Shown in pieces: positions 57,400 to 58,910 of a DNA stretch of 58,910 nt. The stretch covers positions 1-58,910 of the forward strand of contig JAHFOS010000005.1 in NCBI GenBank assembly GCA_023261545.1. Reading direction: 5' to 3'. The notes below the pieces were generated by a model. It was not told the DNA's origin and did no database searches. It saw nothing but the letters and a program-made list of their open reading frames with translations. The position numbers were made by a program, and so were the translations under genes. This stretch comes from a bacterium. Lineage in GTDB: Bacteria > Planctomycetota > JADGBV01. Numbering within the stretch: position 1 is the first letter of the stretch; the number at the start of each line of letters is the position of its first letter.

Positions 57400-58479
57400 T
57401 TAAGGTTGCGAACTTATCTGCAAAGGCTGGCGACCCGCGGGCAACAGTTTCAGGAGCTCCGCCGCGGCGCGGCTGGCGCCTTGGCCGTCCACGAGTTCGC
57501 GGCCTCTTTCAGACATGCGCGCCAGCGTTTTCCCGCCGCGCAAAAAGGAGAGGAACGCCTCTTCGAGCGCGCCAACTTGAAGAGAAGCCGCTTCCCCCAG
57601 ATAGACGCCGATGCCCGCGGCGGTGATTTTGAGCCCATTCACCTCCTGGTTGGGGCTCAACCCCAGGGCGATTTGCGGCACCCCGAGGCACGCGAGTTCC
57701 AGCACCGTGCTGCCGGCGGCCGTGAGGGCGAAGGCGCAACGCCGCAGGGCCGGAGCCAGATCCAGGCGATCCACGAAGACTTCGATCTCGATGTGCCGCA
57801 GCCCCTGGAAAAGGGCTTCGACGACGGGAAGCTGCGCGGAGGTCGTGGCCAGCAGCAAGCGCAGCGGTTTCTTGAGCCGGCGGTCCAAGGCGGCGATACG
57901 CCGCAAAACGGCCTCGACCTTGTCGGGAAGATGCGCTCCCCCAAAGGTGATCAGCACGCAGCGCTCCTGGGGATCGCGCTTCACTCCCAGGATCGTTTCG
58001 CGCAGGAGAGCGTAGCGCGGGCCCAGCAGCACCTTTGTCCCTGACTCAACCCGGTAAACCAGGTCACCAGCCCCGAGGTTCTGGTTCAGCACGGCTTCGC
58101 AGGAAAAGCGGCGGTCGGCGAGATCGTCAATGGCGGCGAGCCGCGTGCCAGCGCGGCGGTAGGCCAGCATCTGTTCCTCCGTCGCGCCATAGTGATCGAA
58201 AATGGTAAGGATATTTTCTTTCACGGGCGGATCAAAATCAAGGCCGCGACCGGACTCGGGAAGCTTCTCCACGGACATGCCATGACCGCTGAGAAGCTCC
58301 TGTACGGCAGCCTGGCGCGAGTGGGTGAAGAACGTGACTTCGGCTCCGGCGCGAACCAAAGCCTGCGCCAAGGCCAGGCAGCGCATGACATGCCCGAGGC
58401 CATGGTCCGGCCCGTACTCGCAGAAGATGCGGACCTGGGGTTGCCCATCACCGGCGTTGTCCACGACCTCTGATTTCAC
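57400..58479 (-). CDS. PseG/SpsG-like nucleotide-sugar hydrolase (GT28-like fold)
   Basis: GLGHVMRCLALA, DHY, IDDLADR, LLGPRYALLR, ITFGG, AAGSTVLELACLGVP, NQ, VDGQGA. Confidence 0.88.
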   Translation of the reverse strand: MKSEVVDNAGDGQPQVRIFCEYGPDHGLGHVMRCLALAQALVRAGAEVTFFTHSRQAAVQELLSGHGMSVEKLPESGRGLDFDPPVKENILTIFDHYGATEEQMLAYRRAGTRLAAIDDLADRRFSCEAVLNQNLGAGDLVYRVESGTKVLLGPRYALLRETILGVKRDPQERCVLITFGGAHLPDKVEAVLRRIAALDRRLKKPLRLLLATTSAQLPVVEALFQGLRHIEIEVFVDRLDLAPALRRCAFALTAAGSTVLELACLGVPQIALGLSPNQEVNGLKITAAGIGVYLGEAASLQVGALEEAFLSFLRGGKTLARMSERGRELVDGQGASRAAAELLKLLPAGRQPLQISSQP

Positions 58480-58510
58480 TCTTGTGTGCGCGGGCCGGCG
58501 GTGCGGGCCC

Positions 58511-58876
58511 TCATGCGGAGTCGCGGTGAACGGTTTGCGGCGAGAACGCCGGCTGGCAGATGGCGATGTATTCCGCGCCACCGGGTTCAGGGCTGGAGTA
58601 TTGCACCCACTCGCCGCGCGCGGCGACCACCGCCTGCCCCGCGCGCACGTCGAGCACGCCCGCGCGCGAACGCACGCGCAGCATTCCGGCCAGCACCACG
58701 GTGGTTTCATCAAATTCCGGAGTCTGGCCCGGCTCCACCCAGCCCGCGGGGCTTTTCATCTTGGCGACGCTGATGTCAGCGGTCTTGGAGTTCACCCGGC
58801 CGATGAACTCCTCGATGATCTTGGGCTTGTTGCCGGCGGCCTGGACGACGGAAGGGCTGGGGATCAGTTTCGGCAT
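58511..58876 (-). CDS. Cupin domain protein (EutQ-like)
   Basis: KIIEEFIGRVNS, SPAGWVEPGQTPEFDE, GEWVQYS, ICQPAFSP. Confidence 0.85.
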   Translation of the reverse strand: MPKLIPSPSVVQAAGNKPKIIEEFIGRVNSKTADISVAKMKSPAGWVEPGQTPEFDETTVVLAGMLRVRSRAGVLDVRAGQAVVAARGEWVQYSSPEPGGAEYIAICQPAFSPQTVHRDSA

Positions 58877-58910
58877 TTTCGGCTTCTCGGTGCTCTGGAA
58901 GGGTTCGAAC

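Overview
This is a GC-rich bacterial chromosome window, probably from the PVC superphylum. That is an inference from the chlamydial/plant-type FabI, rpsP abutting trmD without rimM, and the vWA/DUF4159 cluster. Layout from left to right: (1) 1-9.3 kb, end of a vWA/GATase-DUF4159 envelope cluster plus a large secreted BNR/TPR protein. (2) 9.3-17.4 kb, a partly lower-GC accessory region at the 3' side of tRNA-Arg(CCT), with a porin, XRE regulator, DUF4160/DUF2442 pair, Fic protein, gene fragments and an IS21 element with frameshifted istA. (3) 17.6-27 kb, housekeeping genes (fabI, thrH, ahpC, rpsP-trmD-rplS, yraN, tatD) plus an acidic repeat protein. (4) 29.5-39.8 kb, a DUF6502 regulator, a lipoprotein and a ~2400 aa surface protein apparently built on a catalytically dead, split gingipain (C25)-like scaffold. 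(5) xseAB and neuBC. (6) A lone coxB followed by Mrp, a Zn-ribbon/PCP_red protein and a radical SAM/SPASM/PCP_red protein. (7) DUF2157/GDYXXLXY, a DinJ-YafQ + AAA ATPase cassette between 89-bp direct repeats, an AEC transporter, a PseG-like gene and a cupin. Intergenic spaces carry three families of MITE-like elements, some nested, each holding REP-like hairpins. All family assignments come from motif recognition by eye, not database searches.
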